From Amphiscolops sp. MND2022 (Eukaryota): 64,000 nucleotides of DNA. Position 1 is the first letter of the stretch; the number at the start of each line of letters is the position of its first letter. Positions 60,401-64,000 of this stretch are shown in pieces. A program made the translations under genes and the position numbers. The notes below the pieces were generated by a model that saw only the letters and a program-made list of their open reading frames with translations, ran no database searches and had not been told where the DNA came from. The stretch is taken from NCBI GenBank assembly GCA_964187785.1, contig OZ076411.1, forward strand, positions 93,124,001-93,188,000, given 5' to 3'.

Positions 60401-63400
60401 ATTCAATCGCAACAATGCATAAACACAAGATTTTAAACTAACACTCAACAAAATTTATCACGCCCACTTCTACAAAAACACTCATCAAAAGTTTTTTCAA
60501 CATTTCACTATTGAACTTCATCTTCTCATAACGACATCTCTTTCTTCCTCCACTCCTTATCCTTGCTCCACGTTGGCGTTCTCTCACCTCAACCAAATGT
60601 TGGACTCTCTCCCGTCAGCGCCTGTTTCTGCAACTTTATCCACATTCATACTGCCCACGTCCTCTGTCATTTTGACTTCTTTTTCTTCAAATACGATGTC
60701 ATCCTCTTCGTCACTGCCTGTCATTTTGTCATTGCGTCCCAGTACGACACGATCTTCAACTTCTTTGCATCTTCCACTTCTGCCACATGATGCTGTTGCT
60801 ACTTCATCTCATCTCCAACAACTTTCAGCAGTTCGTCAGTTGACCCGCAATTTGCAAAAATGCAAGCACCCCAAACGTCAGCAGTTGCCCCCAGGTGAGG
60901 CTGGCCCGCGGACCAACCGAATAGTTCACACTGCTGTGCATAAAAAGAAACTCACTCAGTAAAATAATGATTTCAATATTTGTAAACAATATATAGATCA
61001 ACTCCTTTTTGAACACGCTACTGAACCTAATGAAAGTATTGCAAATGTAGATACCAATGGAAATCTTTTACATCCCCACAAAAATGAAATAACGCAAATC
61101 CCCTTCTTACGCTACCCCTCAATTTTTGCCTCTTCACATACAAATGCCCCATTGATTGTCGTTATTGCCACTATCGTTATTAGTGCTAACCCCATTACGA
61201 TACTTATACCGGTACGAACTAGCAGGATCCTGCTAGTTCGATTTTTGTCCAATCAGAGCGCGAATATTTTTTTGGAAGTTTTACACTTGTCACACATTAC
61301 GCGCATTGATAGGACATTACACTAGTTGACACAGCTTCGTACGTTGACTAGTTTACACCATTGGACAGTACAGTAATTGACTAGTTTACACCATATGACT
61401 AGTTTAAGCAATTTGACTAACTACACTGTGCATCTCATATTTACACATAGTTCGGGTAATTACGGGTTGTTACTGGTGAGCTACACACGCCGACTCATAA
61501 CTACACTGCTTGATTCGCATACACAGTATCAAATCGCATAAACAGTAAATCTGACTACAGGAAGTGCTCACGACAGGCACCAAAATTACCAAGCTCCCCT
61601 TCATTTTGAGACCTACTTTCATTTGTTTGGGATTCTTTCATTTGGATTCTCCATGATAAACACGCGATATGCAATCAGTGCCGTCAAGCCTGGATCAAAG
61701 TGCTTGAGAGGTAAGTTTCACAAAACTTTGCTTTGAAAAATTGTTATTGAAGCTGTTTTCACTTTTCCTTTCTGATAATTTTCACTGATCAATTTTTTGA
61801 GGCGTGTCCTTTACATTTTTGTATTCCTGAAATTTTTGGTACACACGTGGTTACAAAACAAACTCATTCTAGATATCGTTCGAAAATTTTGATCACTGTG
61901 ATTCACAGGGAAAGCACTGATCGTGCCTTTTGGGTGAAGTGCCCACTCTGCAGGAAACAAGGATGCCTGCTCAGCCTAAAATAATGTCTGACCTGGGGGA
62001 CCTGAACCTCATAATGTCTGAACCTGAACTTCGAGGGACTCAAAGTTTCGTTGAAATGATTTCAACGACTTTTCCACTATTTTTGAAACTTTAAAGTTTC
62101 AAAACTCATTATTTATTTGCTCTACAAGAGATAAATTTTTTATTTTCAATTATTTTTTTGTGATTTTATAATGTTCATAAATTCCATTATAAAACTGGTG
62201 CTATTTTTGTATTCAAAATACAATATTCAATGAAAGTTGTTTTCTTTCTGAAAACACATCGCAGGAAAAGAAGGATACTGTAGTTGACAACAGGGACTGA
62301 TTCTCAGAGCTGGTACTTAACTTAAAATATGGTTTAGCAACTCTGTTTTATATTTGCTCACGACGGGGATCAAAAAGTACCTGTATTTATGTTGCTTCTC
62401 CGAGCTGCTGAGTCAAGAATAATTGAAAGAACTTAAGTCTTGGTCTATAGCAAACATAACAAACTTGAGTCAACTTGAAGTACTTTTATCAACTTTTGAA
62501 AAACAGCAGCCGCCGGCGGAACGAACGAATAGATATCATTGGCTAATTGAGGCCTACATGTTATTTTCATTGGTTGAGAGTTCTTGTACTGTGATTAGGA
62601 AAACATCCCCCGAGCATTTTCTGGCTCGATTTTTTCGGAATCCATTGAAAATTTGTAAAATTGTCAGAAGGAAACTATTCTTAAATTTTCTTCTAGTTTA
62701 CATTAGTTTAACTTTGAAATTTTTCAGACGAAAATTGAAAAAGTTACAGACAACTGAATCTGAATTGGGACTTTCGGCCGTTTTTCTATTCCTAAACAAC
62801 CTTAAACACTGTTTTTCTCCTTAACAAAGAGGCTTTTGCTTCTGTTATTCATACTCGGCTTGTACTGAAAGAGAAAACATACGATGCAAGGGAGCACAAA
62901 GGCGAAGTTAATTGGAAACTCCCTTCCGATGACCCGATGATTTCCGGCGGCCATCAATGATTGATTGTGACAGTATTTGATAATTTTTTTTGGAAATAAC
63001 CACCCGATATTTCCGACTGTAGATGTCCTTCTTTTTTTGGGAACAACTACTCGACATTTCCGACAGTAATTGTCCAAAACACAGTTGATACAATTCAGAA
63101 CGTTACAAACTTACAAACGATCAAGGCTGTACAAACTTTGAATGCACTATAAATCGAAGGTAAATTGTACACATTAACTTATTGAATGAATAGTTCCTAA
63201 TAATTGAATATTGGTCAACAACACCTTTTTTACCGTGAAAATATTAGTTAAAATAAAAATTTCAACTAGACTATGAGATAATTGGACTTTGCCGTAATAA
63301 TTTGCTGAATGTTTTGCTGAATTTGCTATGAACAAAAAATACCGGTTGTTGACGGCAGGGGTGTTGAAAAATAATTCTAGGTCACAATAATTGCAATAAA

Positions 63401-64000
63401 ATTGTATACAATAATTATTTTCACAACGTTATCAAATACAATACATTGTTGATTTTTCACAATAAGGAAAGAATTCGGAGACATGAGTTGGGTACCAACT
63501 ACTTCCAATTTGGCGGACTTTTCAGTCAAACTAATAAATACTTTGTATATCAAAATCGCAAAAAAATGCTGCCCATGCATCTCGAATGACAATCATTTCT
63601 AATGATCAACGAACAATTTTCGGATGTTAATTTGATCAACAAATTGATTTGATTGGTTTTTCAAACAACCTTTTTCATAGACACAAAATTTGCAATTATT
63701 GTTTCAACAAAATTCAGAATAACAAAAGATTGTTTTATTAGTATTGCAATAGTATTGCAATGCAATCTTTACCACCCCTGGTTGACGGTCATTCGAAAAA
63801 TCCAGAGCAGTTTCTCAAGCTACAAGTTAATACCGAGCCACAGTGTACAATTTACTGAGCACAACAAATAACTCGGAGACAAGAAAGTTCAACATGTTAA
63901 GTTAACAAAGATCAAGAACTTCTTAAGCACAACTCAGTCTGTACGCAATTACAAGCTGTATGCAGGGACATGGTGGCTCAAGATCGAAGCAACGTAACGA

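Larger units (their letters stand above)
38040..61200 (+). mobile_element. Heavily decayed Ty3/Gypsy-type element with env-like ORF and internal tandem duplications (boundaries approximate)
   Basis: gag-like ~40900-41900; protease tail IDYIILGTPFLEKY (~42560); RT VYFDDILLL (~44080); RNase H TDDASPIGLG...SYNSRVL...YDRELCAL (~45690-45840); integrase DTKGP, DAFSHFVV, KFGPPQ.LVTDRGT, TPYSSWTNGLV (~47200-47500). No LTR pair found. Confidence 0.8.

Noticed and set aside
62400-63960. Short ORFs near the right edge
   Set aside because: AT-rich, with no motifs or consistent splice structure.

Overview
Repeat-dense eukaryotic (animal) genomic DNA. The 2.7-3.3 kb repeat resembles ones I associate with acoel worm genomes; this is unverified. 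Host genes: four 5' exons of a CLC-3/4/5-type Cl-/H+ exchanger (minus strand, 4967 to about 442, running off the left edge) and the TM3-to-C-terminus exon of a class A GPCR (34541-35394, minus). The rest is mostly transposable elements: MITEs, a decayed Ty1/Copia, CRE-like and Gypsy fragments, an internally deleted pogo/Tigger and a CGGBP-type hAT remnant. The main find is a structurally complete ~16 kb Ty3/Gypsy element (17117-33092, minus). It has 1728-bp TGTC...GACA LTRs, a CTGCT target-site duplication and a PBS. Its architecture is unusual. gag starts 568 nt inside the 5' LTR and reads through the PBS. A 6.2-kb region after pol holds an antisense, intron-containing gene with a BED zinc finger that looks derived from a hAT transposase, plus a divergent sense ORF that runs into the 3' LTR, and no polypurine tract is visible. 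A second, heavily decayed and G-depleted Gypsy-type element (~38-61 kb, plus) carries an env-like ORF with chuvirus/gB-type glycoprotein motifs and nested tandem duplications. All homology calls are by eye from motifs; no searches were run.
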